A stretch of 64,000 bases of DNA. It comes from Raillietiella orientalis (lineage: Eukaryota). The number at the start of each line of letters is the position of its first letter. Position 1 is the stretch's first letter. The DNA lies in contig JAYWIR010000001.1 of the NCBI GenBank assembly GCA_036172245.1, positions 9,858,001 through 9,922,000 of the forward strand, given 5' to 3'. The notes below the pieces were generated by a model. That model had not been told where the DNA came from, searched no databases, and worked only from the letters and a program-made list of their open reading frames with translations. A program made the position numbers and the translations under genes. Below are positions 10,532 to 23,212 of the stretch, in pieces.

Positions 10532-13500
10532 AAATCAAGCTTACCACTGCAGTTAACAAACCATGAATGCGGAACTGTATATAGATATATATATATCCAA
10601 ATAATAATAAATATTAATAATCGAAAAATAATAAAAGTGCAAAGAGACAGCTGACACGATTCTTTGGAAAATCGCAGTGTGCATTTTTTTTTTCCTGAAG
10701 AGAATTGTATAAACATCAACTACGTTTACTAAAATAAAAACCCTTCCGCTGTCCTTTTTTCTTTCTTTTTTTCTTCCACAGGTTTTTACTCTGCAAAACG
10801 AGTAGTTCTAAACGTTAATGCAAATATCTTCCCAGGTAAATATCAAAACGCCCAAAATGCCTATTCTTGATATTATTTCGCGAAAGGCAGCTCATGTGGC
10901 GAAGTTCGCTCTTGATGGAAAAAAAAAGAAAGGTGTTGGCCGGCTTGTATCCACGTGGCCTGGCTTCACACGAAGCATATCCTAAACTCCACGAAATAAA
11001 ATAAATGTGCACGAATAAGACGATGAGTGATTATGGATTGGTGGCTAAGGTTCAGCGTTCCTTTGGATAAAGACGTGTAGAACACCCATTTGATAAGCGG
11101 CAAATGTGTCTGCCTTCAAACTGAACCACAGCACAAATGGAAATCAAAAATTGCCGTCGATGTATTTTGGAACGATCATATTACTTATTTCAGTATGACT
11201 CATTTTTATTAGCAGATATTTAGGAGGACTGACTAGGTGTGTGGTCTGTTTCAAGTGATCGACAGAATTTCATGCTGGCGTGGTCCATGTTTACACGGAA
11301 ATCACGCACGTAAAGGTATAAATACAGCATGATAAAGGAACAAGATAAGATAGCGTGCATCTTACACACTTGACTAATTTTACATCAGTATAACGATTTT
11401 TTTTGAAGATGAAAATTCTTTCATTCCTTTGCCACTCAATATTTCAGAGAGTTAGACATCATCAAAGTTAGACTCCAGAGTGTTAAGAATGGGACAAAAT
11501 GAGGAATGGGTGCGAGGTTGGGGTTTAACAAGGATCCATGGCCAGTGGTTAATGGATCCCTGTAAGAAATTATAAGTAATTTGTAACGGAATCATAAGTT
11601 TGAGCAAATGTTAGGGATCAGAGATGCAACTCTCAAGCACGAAATAAAAATTCAATTCTAACTGGAGTTAGACGTTAGTGTTTCGTTGCAACTTTTTATT
11701 TTTTCAGAAACGGAAACGGTTAGTGCTAGGTTAATGAGTCGAAACTTACATTCGATTTGCTTTGATGCATAGGAACTGAACTCTATTGTGACATCGAGGT
11801 GTTTTCATAACCATCATTACTTGGGAGCATTGCACATTGAGAAGCAGCCTCCTAGGTGAGATGTCAGTGAAAGTACGCCATCCAACAGCAAAACTTACCT
11901 TTTGATCGTTGGAGAGAGACCTTTGTTAGTCGTTATTTTTTTGTTCTAAAAAGCTATTTTGGATATTAGCAGCAGAGCATAAAGGTTTCCTTGTGCAGCT
12001 GGCAAGACCGAGCGTTGACTACCTATTGACAAACCCGAAGTGGACTGCCTCTTGAAATGGCTGCAAGGACCCCTTACGAATCCGCAAAGAAACGTCGATG
12101 AGGGAAGACCGACCGTGCATGATGTTTTTTCGTAAGCTATTCAAGAATTTCGTGAGAACGAGAAATGCATTCCAAAAGCAAGAATTTAGGAACCATCAGC
12201 CCGACACGAAACACCATCGTCTCAGGTGGCCATCTGAGACGAAAAGCGTGGCCATCTGAGATTATGCTGAGCAACACAAGCAAAAGAAACGGTCGGATGG
12301 GCAAAGTGAAGCGTAGAACAGACTGTGCACAGTCACAGCAAGGCGGCCTAGACGGTGCGCCCAAGTTGCCCAGTGTGGAATACACCGAGGTGTTCGAAAG
12401 CGTGGCTTCAGGATCCGCTAGACTGAAAACGTCGCGAACTCTGCCACACAGAGGACAAACAAAGGGAGAATGGAAGGAAGGGAACGAGACTTTTCAGACT
12501 TACCACCCGAAAGCAGTGCCGCCACCAGAGTCATCTCGGACCACCTCGTGCACGCAGACCTACGGGCGAAGCGACCGCGGGGAGGAGGAGGGACCGGGAA
12601 GTGCGAAACGAAGGGAACGAATTGAAGAGGCGAAGATCTGTGAACGAGGAGGAGGTGTGTGGTTAGCCTCGAGGGAGTCAGCGGGCTGACCGCGTTTTGA
12701 ATACGAGCGAGAAAAGGAACACATCCGAAAAAAGCGAGAAAAGTGTGCGTTTCCTTTTTTTTTTTTTTTTTTCCCTCTTCGTTTCACCGCGTGCGACCGG
12801 TGTTGACCCAACCTAAGGAGGGCACAGCCTGGAGAGAACTTGAATCTTATACTGGCGCTGCATCTTCAGAGGCACTCGCATGGAGCTTGTGCATCGAGAA
12901 CCTGACGGGACGATCTCGAAGCCTCCGGGACTGGGGAGAGGGAATGCGTGCTCATCCTTACCTGGAACCGTAACTCGGCGGATGGGGACAAGATGTCCTC
13001 CTCCGCAAAGGCCCTAGCAGCAATGAGCACGAGGTGTGGCAATTCCCAATAAGCCTAGGGATGGTGCGTTTCCAGGGCCCCAAAGACCATGGGTCATGAC
13101 AGAGCAGCAACAATCCGTAATTATCGATCCAAGTGCAGCCCTATTTTCTTGTCGGCGTCGCATGCATGCTGGACTTAGTGAGGTGGCTGCAAAGCTTGCG
13201 TGGAGTCGAAAGACGTGGAGGCAACTCACGTGAGAGGAAACCTACTTTTATTTTCTTTCCTACGAGGATGATGAGGCCACAATACAACCTGTAGATTTGA
13301 AGGGAAAGCTGAAGGCTAAAGGAAGCTCGGGAATGGCTGCGGCATGGACCACGGGGAGGCAAATTGCAAGGCACGCTCGTTGCCTTGCGACCTCTTAAGG
13401 TACAGTTCTTTCGGCGGGTGGATAGGTGGGTCCGAAAACCCATGATACTACAACTGAATTTCTCTTGCGAGAGCTTAAAACTTGCTAGCTGCAGCGAGGC

Positions 13501-13870
13501 CTTGCAAAGTACTGTACGCAAACACGGAAAATTTGGACGTTTCAAACTGAGTAAGGAAAGTAATGGTGTTTTAAAGCCTTCCTGCTGTTCATGGAGGAGC
13601 AGCAGCAACGCGCATTTCAAAATGAGTGTTGCTCCTGCGAGGACTAGTAGCATGCAGTCTCTTTGCAATGAGCAATTTATGGGTTTATTTATTTATTTAT
13701 TTTTTTGCAACCTTACGTTGGATCTATAATTCTTGCAAAACTCTGCCTACACAGGGACCAGTCACATCACAGGAACTGTGGGAAAATTGAGAACCAAAAA
13801 ACTCAAAAACACACAAAAAAGAAACAGTACTCAGTGCCCCTTGGAATCCTGTGAGGGCAGTATGACGTTT

Positions 13871-15380
13871 TCACAAGTTGTAATGTTTGCGGTAGGAGTT
13901 GGTCATTGGAACAATCCCTAAACGGATGAGTGAGTGAGCCATATCTAGAAGAGTTTCCTCAACTGGGCGTGGCTCTATCTTTAGAACTTTCCTCATCTGG
14001 GACACAGGCAGGTCAGAAAAAAACTCCATTGTTTCTCTTCTCTCTTACCCTACTGTTGTCAAATGGAACCACAACATCCAGTCTAGGATACACAAACTCT
14101 CTCAACTGCTTGTGGAAAAACTTCCCGATCCACAATATGAATTTAGGCCCTGTGCGGGTTGTAGGGTAGTATCCTAGAGGAGTCAGCTCCTTGGCAAGGA
14201 TCTGTCCAATTTCTGACATGAAAAGTGTCTCAGTAAATATGATGTGTCGGTGTCCTGATGTTATTGGGTTCTGTAAGGCCTGAAGATGAGCTTCAGCCAC
14301 ATCACGGACATCGCAGATCCCCATTGATAAGCTGGGGTTGACAGGCAAGCGTCGCTTCAGGATGTCTACCAGAATCTGCAAGAGGTTACTGAAAGTGAAA
14401 GTGCAGGAGTTTCTTTACTTTCACAGATGTAGCTCCAGCAACCCCACGGCTAAGCACAGGACCAAACACAACAGCAGGATTGATGACAGCCAAGTCAAAC
14501 TGGTGGTCGTCTATTGTTTATCGTTAGCCTTACTGCACCTGCTTCATGCACCAACCTGGTAGATTGCGTACAAAATCCCAAGCGGCCCTTTCTGCAAGAG
14601 TCTTGCTGACATAATATGGATCAACATCGGGTTTGTCCGTGTTGGTCCAATCGTTCTCTGCATAGACTTTGTGCTTCTCAGCTGTGACATCACCTGGAAC
14701 CTGGCTGTAGGTGGGTTAGCAGCACACACTGACTTACCAAAAATAGCTGCACAGCTACTGGTTAGAACAACCTTTCGAACTGTTCCTGATTTAACACATG
14801 CTCTGAGTACAGCCTGAGTACCTTGTAATGCAGGCTTTATAACGTCATCTGGGTGACTGATAGAATCAGAAAGTACGAAAGGACTAGCCACATGTATCAC
14901 ATAATCACAGCCTTCCACTGCACTGGAATGCAAATTGACACGAGCATGAATGACAGAATCAGTGGCCTGTCTGGAGCCGATGCAAATTCAACGGGGGCAC
15001 GGAGTAACAAGGCAAGAATGTCTTCCTCACCTTTCCCATGACTTCTCATCCAAGAGGTCGGCTTCCGCCAACTCTAGTTTATGAGCAGCATCTGGACACA
15101 AATTGTAGAGTGGTGCGATCTTTTCTTCGTTCTGCAGGCTTCGCACCGTTCCCCTCACTCGGAATCCTACTTCCTGCAACCTCCTTACAACGTGGTTAGC
15201 AATGAAACCCGAGGCTCCGGTGACAAGAACGAGGCCTTCTAGGGGGGGAAGAGAGAGAGAAGGGTGGGGAGGGGAACTTACAATCGGAGGATGCAAGCCA
15301 GCACGCGTGTACACCCCGAAATAACAGCCGTACACCCGAAATGTCCGTAACGGCGGCCCCATCGCGGACGGTTCGGCCAT
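13871..15380 (-). CDS. NAD(P)-dependent epimerase/dehydratase (extended SDR; dihydroflavonol-reductase/aldehyde reductase II-like); exons about 15238-15031, 14922-14738, 14693-14556, 14510-14419, 14375-14049, 13996-13871; first exon uncertain
   Basis: LVLVTGASGFIA Rossmann motif, VRGTVRS, VIHVASPF, VVLTSSCAAI, catalytic YYVSK (YxxxK), INPAVVFGP, DVRDVAEAHL. Short GT-AG introns are in phase. Confidence 0.92.
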
Positions 15381-17925
15381 TTCCCGCGCCCACGCATTCC
15401 GCGCATGCCTGCCCTTCAATGCGCCACACAGAGCTCTCCGCACGAAACAGCAAATTCCTGATGCGCAATCGGAGACGGACGGAACGCAACCCACGTTTTA
15501 CATAAAATAACCCCCCTCCCCCCCCCGTAAAAAAATTCCCCCCCCCCCGAAAAAAAAAAAAAAAAAACTCGAACATGGGCGGACGGGTGGGGGCACCTCG
15601 GGAAAAAAATCCGTTTTCCACCAAGCAGCGCACGTACGTTAAGCTCCGGCAAGTGCAGCACCGTGGGCATGGCATCCTCCTCTTGGAGGAATGCGTGTCA
15701 CAAAAACCGTACACGAGTCGGCTCACCAATTTTTCGGAAATGCTTGGGGCCGCACAAAGTTTTTCCATGTACACAATTCGCGTTCAAATGCATGCCAAAC
15801 AATTACACATTTTTGTCAAGAAAAAGTACTTAAACTTGCGTACCAGGCAGCTTAGTCGGATGACCCATCAAATTTGAATAAACTGATGAACCAAACTACA
15901 GAATTCGAGTAGAGTGGTGTTAAGTGCGTTCCAAAGCAGTGCATGTTACCTTGGGCAATTCTGAAAGGGAATATATGCCGGTTTTGTGATTAAGGTCAGC
16001 TTAGAAATGCCAAAGGATATTACTCAGTCGGCTGTCAGATGGTTGAAGATATTGACGGTGACAGCTGCTCTGCACCTGAATTCCCAGATCGATATCCAAT
16101 GCTAAGAACTTGAAATAATAATAATAATGACAATTAAAAAAAAAAAAAAAAAAAAAAAAAGCTGCAATTTTGAGTCAGCGTTCACCCCGCTGCAAAAAAG
16201 AAAAGAAAAAAAAAAACGGCTGTGGTACTATGCAGAAATGGTCAACAACAGAAAAAGAAGCTCAATACAAGTTGGTCAACTTACCAGCTGCAGAGCCCGA
16301 AGCAGCATCAACGCTAATCAACGAATATTGATTTCATGAAAGGGAAACCGTGAATAATAGGTCAAGACGTCCGTTTAGAAAGTCTTCGAAAATGGGAAAG
16401 GATCCTGGGATCGTCCCTAAAAATTCACCGCCTCCTATTCACGTTTATAACGTCTTTTTTCCCCTCTCCTTCCTTACTTTTTTTTTTTTAAAAAAAAGAA
16501 AAGATCCACATCTGAGTATTTGTGATGCTGTGATATAATTCTTTTATTCTATACATTTGTTTATGGTTTCTCTTGCTGCTTCTGGAGTCGGGACGCGAAT
16601 CCCAAGAAAGACGATGTGTGAAGTGAAAATCATCAAGAACGAATGGGGCAGTTCGTCGTGTCCCCCCTCTCAGTAAGGTCTTCACCCACCCCACCCCTTC
16701 CTTTTTTTTTGAAGAAAAAAAAAAAAAACAATGAAAAATCACTGCTGAATTTTTGATTACTTATTTGGCGACTTATGCTGCATGATGATGCAACTGCATG
16801 AAAGTGAGAGTTCATCCCGGTTATGAGGCAACGCTGTGTGAATTATAAATCAGCGTTGCTTCTCGAATTCACACGCACGACCGTTAAACATCGTTGGGGT
16901 GCTGCTGCCATGTTGATTCGAAATGGAAAATGCACTGCTAAATGTGTGTGTGTGTGTTCTTTGTATTTGATGGAGGTCAGCGGCAATCTTCAGGACACTA
17001 CCTTTGTACCCTTTTTGATTTTGATTTTTTTTCTCCACTGGGATCGGGGATGTCAGCAGCTGGATTCGCGGAGGAGTTCTGCGATTGAGAAATGGGTTGA
17101 GGATGCTGGTGCACCACCGTCCTGCTTGAAGGCATGCGTCGCGCCGTCCTCCCTCGAACCAAAAGGGGATGGGTGAGTGCAGAGTAAGTCCACGCTTGCA
17201 GAGGTTCCTTACAGACCGGAGGGAAACGCGATTTGCGCTAGTGGCAGTCGGGAGGAGGAAGAGGAGGACGAGTGGAAACGCGCGCGGCTGTAAGAAGAAA
17301 AGCCCTCGGGCGACGACGTCGTCTCCGACCGAAGCGAGGGAAGAGAGCAGCTGGCTGCCTCCCCCTTTTCCCCCCAGCCCGACCCCTTCTCGCAGCGGCA
17401 GCAGCAGCGCGCTCCAGAAAGCGGAGTGGACCATTTCTTCAGTGACCGGTACCAAAGTTTAATCACATGGCTTCCCGCGTCGGATTCTGAGAAATCGAGG
17501 GAACGAAAAAGTCCCGGGCAAGGTCAAGGAGAAAGTTGGGTTCCTATTTACCACTCGGTCAATCCTTTCCCCGTGTCGGCGACCAAACAAACAGGCGACC
17601 TTGAAATTATTTTTCGGGGTCTTTGTTGTCCGCGGCAACGATTGGCTCGGGTCCCTCTCGAAGAGCTCTTTATGAAGAGGTGCCCGCTTAAAAACGCCTA
17701 TGCCATCCCCCATCCCAGGCAGATCCTCTACTGACGACCGTGCGGCTGTCGGGACCCAGGAACAACAGGCAGGAGGAAAAAAACCACAGAGAGCCTCTCT
17801 ACCCTCGCTTTGTCCGCTTTCCCTGCAAGAGATCACTGGGGTGAGTCTCCTGGGGTCGCGGGGAGGGAGTGTAGGAGGGAAGGGTGGGGCAGACGCCTCA
17901 CCACACACACTACCTGCCCCGTAGG

Positions 17926-18943
17926 ATGGAGAGGACGTGGCTGATACTCTTCCTCTTTTCTGCGGCGATGGCCGCGGAGGACCCGAACGACACAGGGGAG
18001 TACGTGAAGAAGTCCGAGGTCCTCGCCAAGCCCAATCCGGCGGCCTGCCACAAGAGTGAGTCCTGGGGGAGCGGGGGGAGGGGAAGAGGATGAGAAGAGA
18101 GGCGAGGGACGGCCTTTCCTTGACGTGACCTTCCTTGCCCCTCGCGAGCAGGGCAGAAGCACCTCAAGTTCCGCAGCAGCGACGGGACGGAGCACAGCTA
18201 CTTCATGAGCTGGAAGGACGGCAGCACGGCGAACCTCAAGTTCGACTGGCTAGGAGGTCGCAACTTTTGCCGCCAGCGGTGCATGGACCTGGTCAGCATG
18301 GAGACCCCGGAGGAGAACCAATTCGTCAAGAACCAGCTGAGGGGCGGTAGGACGCTGGACGCACGAGAAACCTCCGTCACCTACCCCTCCCTCCTCCTCC
18401 TGCTCCATCTCTTGCAGACAACATCAATTACATCTGGACCAGCGGCCGGAAGTGCAACTTTGTGGGCTGCGACAAGCCCAGCCTGAAGCCGAACAACGTG
18501 AACGGATGGTTCTGGGCGGCGACCGGTGAGTAGGCGCGGTCTCAGCGCGCGCACCCTCCTTCCCCGCGCTCGCACCTCTCCGGCGGGCGCCGGTGACTTG
18601 ACTTACGACGGCGCCGGTGGCGCACACGAACCGTCCGGCCGGTTCTCGTTCCCCAGGGGTGAGGCTACCGCCGACCAACCAGCCTAGCCTGAGCAGTGAC
18701 TGGGCCAAGGCGGGCTTCTTCATCAACCTCCCGCAGCCGGACAACCGCCAGTTCCGGTCCATCTTCGTACGCCGGGACGACGAGGCGTGCCTGGCGGTCC
18801 TGCATCCGGCGCTCTACAACGAACCCGATGGCGACTACCATTGGCACGACGTCACGTGCAACAACCGGAAGCCCGTCATGTGCGAGGACAGCGACGAGCT
18901 ATTGCGCTTCGTCGGCAGCACCAACCCGGGGCTCGCCCTGTGA
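17926..18943 (+). CDS. Secreted C-type lectin 1 (Clect27/CG6055-like arthropod family); exons 17926-18055, 18152-18346, 18418-18525, 18657-18943 (239 aa)
   Basis: Signal peptide MERTWLILFLFSAAMA; DWLGGRNFCRQRCMDLVSMETPEEN, YIWTSGRKCNFVGC, NGWFW, QPDN, WHDVTC, CEDSDELL. Confidence 0.93.
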
Positions 18944-19852
18944 GCGGCGGGTCCGCAGTCGCTGCCCCGGCGCAGCCGCGGGGCCGCCGCGAGACCCCGG
19001 TCAGAGGGGTGGTGGTGCGCGCCCTCTTTTCCTCCACCCGTTCGCTCCTCCTCCTCCTCTCGTCCTTTCCTTCCGGTCGGAGATTAAAAGAGAACAGGTG
19101 CCAGCATCCGGCATGCGGGGAGCGTCAGGGGTTCCGGGGAAACGGGACGGTCGGGCGGGGGATCTAGGGAGAGGGATTGGGGTGGAGGAAAAAAGGGTTA
19201 TAGTGGGACTGCGGTTCCACTCCCCCACCCCATCCCATGGGAAAGGAAGGCGATGGGTGGGCGGGCGGGTCGATCTCTCGGTCGATCTTGCATCCTCCTT
19301 TCCTCCCCCTCGCCCCCAGTGGCTCCTCTTCCTTTCCGATGCGCATCCCCGTTCGGTGACGACTCCACTGAGTTGGCGATATCGCCATCGCCACGCGGGG
19401 CGCCGCGTAGGTGGCTCCAACTTTTTACTCCTGGCGGCGATCCTTGTCTACGCAGGAGGGCAGAGGCGCCACGACCCCCTACCAAGAGGACCTGAACACG
19501 CAGGTAGAGGTGGGGACGCGCCCTTTCCTGACACCCTGATCGTTGTTGCTGCTGCTTCTGGCGGCCACGAGAGCGGTTGGCCCTACTCGACAGGCGCGCC
19601 TATCCGGCTCCTTCCGAGGAGCGAGCGCCGCACGGGAGAAGCCGTCCTTTACTTTTTCTGATCACCCATTCTACCGGCGGTAGGTCTCAAGGACCGCGGT
19701 GCCGTCACCTCCAAGGACAAGAGAAGGCAGGAAGACTTCTTTGGCGCATTCCTCATCGAGCGGCTTCCATCCGTCCCGTGCTGCGCCACCGCGGCACCTG
19801 CCGCTCCTCCTCCCGACGGGCAGGTGGTGTCCTTCCCCTTGGTATTCTGGTT

Positions 19853-19895
19853 GCCAGGGAGGGAGGCATCGGAGGACGATGCCTCCCTCCCTGGC
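19853..19895. repeat. Perfect 19-bp inverted repeat with a 5-nt loop
   Basis: GCCAGGGAGGGAGGCATCG-gagga-CGATGCCTCCCTCCCTGGC read directly. Confidence 0.9.
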
Positions 19896-21694
19896 TCCCA
19901 GGAGCGCGCGACTCGAGGCAGGCAGGGCTCACCTCTTCGCTCCTAGGGATGGCGTCGTGCGGTATTGGGTTGCGCAAAGCTCGCTTTCTCGACGAGAGCG
20001 CAGACTTTCCCGCCGTCCCTCGCGTGTCGTGTAAATGCCCTCCCGTCAGCTGCGTGGGGGGAATCGGGGAAGGGAGGAGGCGAGTAGCCAGTAGCCAGGG
20101 AAGGAGCGTGCCATCTGGTTTCGCTTATCCGAAGCTCGTTTTTAGTGAGTTCTCGCGCCGCCAGGGGAACACGACGGAACACGACGGCGCGGCAAACGTT
20201 GCCGGGAAGGGGAAGGAGGAGGGGGGGGGGACACGTGCCCTCGCGCTCGCTCGTGTGTGCTATCCCTCGAGACTCCCGACCGTAGCAGAAAGGAGGCGAA
20301 GCAAAAGATGGAGATGGGAGAAGTCACAACTTAGGTGCTCGGTCTGCTGCTGTCTCGGAAAGACTCCTGGTTTTCAGACGGCTCCGTTTGCTCTGCCCGC
20401 TGCAACGAGGAGGCGCCTTCTTCTTGCAAGCCCAGAAGCTTCGCGAACGAACGAAGCTCCGATGGAAATTCCGATTGGCCGGGGGGGGGGGGCGTCCGTA
20501 TCGGCCATGAGATGACTTCGCAAGCGCAGGCGAACTGCGCGGTCGACCCTCGCGCGCCTGCTCCGTGGCTGCTGGCCTTGGGACCAGGCTGAAGCGCTCT
20601 CGAAATTTGGGAAGCCGCTGGCTTCCCGGAAGCGCGCACGAGCAGCAAGTGGCAGGGACCTCATCCGGCGGAGAAGGAAGGGGGGGGGGAGGGATGGAGA
20701 GAGGAGCTCTCGCTGGGCCCGCCAGCAAGCTCTGCCACGTGCGCGCGCGTGGCGGGGTCGTACCGGGTGGCAACGGCCCGCGGGCCTGCGCATCCCCCAT
20801 CCGAGTGCACACCCTCCCGCATGGGCAAACACCCCAGCACTAGTCGGCGCACGCGGGTCCCGGTGGTGCCGTCGTGTCCTCGCAGGAAGGAGGGCAAGAC
20901 GCAACACACAAAAAAAACGGAGTGGTGGCGCGCCCGCTCCGTTCCTGCGCAGGCGCCCTCACGGCTCGCCGTCCAGCAGCAGCGCTTGGCTGCACACCCG
21001 GCGGCTATCCCGGGACGTTCAGTGAACCCGCGCGGATCCTCCTTTTGTTTACGTCGGCCGCCCGTGGGATGTTCCCGCCTCCCGAAAAACAAGGCCATCC
21101 GTCACCGGCGGCGAGTTGGACGCGCCCCAACCGAGGGACGGGCGCCCCTCCCTCCTTCCCCGCTCCCGCTGTCCTTGCCTGCGTCAGGTTGACTGCACTC
21201 CCTCGCGCGCAGGCGCTCACGCTAGTCCCGTCGGCCGAGCCCCTGCCCGCCGCTGCCTTTCCCTCCCTCCCTTCCCTCCCCGCGGGGTCCGCTGGACGCC
21301 GGCGACGGAGACGCCGCACGCTCGTGGACTGCGGGCGCCTCTCCCGGTTAGGGGACGGGAAGATGAGGGGGGGGAAGGGCAGGGACGCCGCTTTCGCCTC
21401 CTCGTCCTGAGGAGGGGTAATGAACGCCGCGAGCGCGGGCGCGGCAAACGCCGGCCCGCGCGCGCAGTGTGGGGGGAGGGAGGTGGAAGAGGCTGTTTGT
21501 CCTCTCCGGAGACGCGCCGCCGTGACCTTGGAAACGGGACTGCAGAGAACGCGCCCCAGCGATTGGCCGGAGCAACGGCGACGCCAGGGACAGGAGAGGG
21601 GAGAAGAAGGAAAAAAGGGGGAAAAAAGCAAAAAGGAAAAAAAAAAAAGTGAAGGTGGAGGATGTTGTTCCGGCCTCGGGGAGGGAGGAGGCTT

Positions 21695-21700
21695 TATAAA
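21695..21700 (+). promoter_or_regulatory. TATA box of C-type lectin 2
   Basis: TATAAA embedded in GC-rich DNA about 165 nt upstream of the ATG at 21863. Confidence 0.55.
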
Positions 21701-21862
21701 GGCCGCCGCCGGAGGCCGCCGCGCTTTGAGCTTGGCCTGCTGGGCGCGCGCGCTGTCTTGCGGACGGGAAGGGCGGCATCGGAAGGCCGACGACAGGACT
21801 GCAGCAGCAGTGGAAGGAGAACCCCCTTTTGCCCCCTGGGAGCAACGAGAGGAACGGGAACC

Positions 21863-22899
21863 ATGACAGCGGCGACCTCGCCCCTGCTCGGCTGCGCCCC
21901 GAATGCGGAGGAGCGGCGACAGTGCCTAAAGCACTTACTGTTGGTGGCGCTGGCCGCGCTGGCTCTTTGGGCGCCGCCGGCCGCGCGAGCCCAGAACGAG
22001 GACCCCAACGACACCGGCATCGTGGTGAAGAGTCCCGGGTCGCGCTCGTTGGTGCTGCCTGTTCCCGCGCTGTGCTCCAGACGTAAGCCACCCCTCAGTC
22101 CCCTCTCCTCACTCGGGAGCGCGTCTCTGAGTCCACGTGGGGTCGCGCGCTCCGGGACCCTTTCCTCCCTTCCCTCCCTTCGACTCACGCCCTTCCTCTC
22201 GCAGGTCCGAAGCACCTGTTCTTCCCCACCGCCAGCGGTGCACAGCACGCCTACTTCATGAGCTGGCAGGACAGCAACACGAGGAACGCCCGCGTGGACT
22301 GGCTGGACGGGCGCAACTGGTGCCGCCAGAGGTGCATGGACCTGGTCAGCATGGAGGACCCCCAGGAGAACGAGTTCGTGAAGCAGCAGCTGAGGAAAGG
22401 TAAAACTTGCTCGTCACCCTCCCATCCAGCTCCCCTTTCCCCATGCAGTGAAGCTGGACTACATCTGGACCAGCGGCCGGAAGTGCAACTTCGTGGGCTG
22501 CGACAAGCCCGAGCTCCGCCCCAACAACATCAACGGCTGGTTCTGGTCCGCCTCAGGTAAAGAAGGGAGGGGACTTTCCCACCACACACTCCCCTCCCTC
22601 CTCCTTCCCTCGTAGGGGTGAAGCTCCTACCCACCAACCAGAATACGCCACAGAACGACTGGGGCCGCACCGGTTACTTCAACCTCCCCCAACCTGACAA
22701 CCGCCAGTACCGGCCCATCTTCGCGCGCCGTGACGACGAGGCCTGCCTGGCCATCCTGAGCCCCACGCTCTACAACGAGCCCGACGGCGACTACCACTGG
22801 CACGACGTCGCCTGCTACCACAAGAAGTCCTTCATGTGCGAGGACAGCGACGAGCTGCTGCGCTACGTCCGTTCCACCAATCCGGGCATCGCCCTTTGA
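21863..22899 (+). CDS. Secreted C-type lectin 2 (tandem paralogue); exons 21863-22082, 22205-22399, 22449-22556, 22616-22899 (268 aa)
   Basis: Hydrophobic leader, EDPNDTG, DWLDGRNWCRQRCMDLVSME, YIWTSGRKCNFVGC, QPDN, WHDVAC, CEDSDELL. Same intron positions and internal exon sizes (195 and 108 nt) as lectin 1. Confidence 0.93.
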
Positions 22900-23212
22900 A
22901 GAGGTACATCACCTCCCCCGCTGCCGCATCGGCAGGAGGAAGAGGATGAGGAGGAACAGCAGCAGCAGGTGGCGGCGGCGGGTAGAAAACGCGGAGCGAA
23001 AGAAGTGGAGACGGGTGGGGTGGGAAGGGAGGAGGAAATACACGCGCGCGCGGCACCTGCTCGTGCCAGCGGCGGTGCCAATTGTCTTCGACGGTATGTC
23101 TCTTTCTCTGGCCCCTTTCCTGTTGTCCTTCCTCTTTATTCGGAAGAGAGAGAGGGAGAGAAAGAGGGATGGGGATGGGGAGGCTGGGGAGGAAAAGACG
23201 CCTCTCTGTGCT

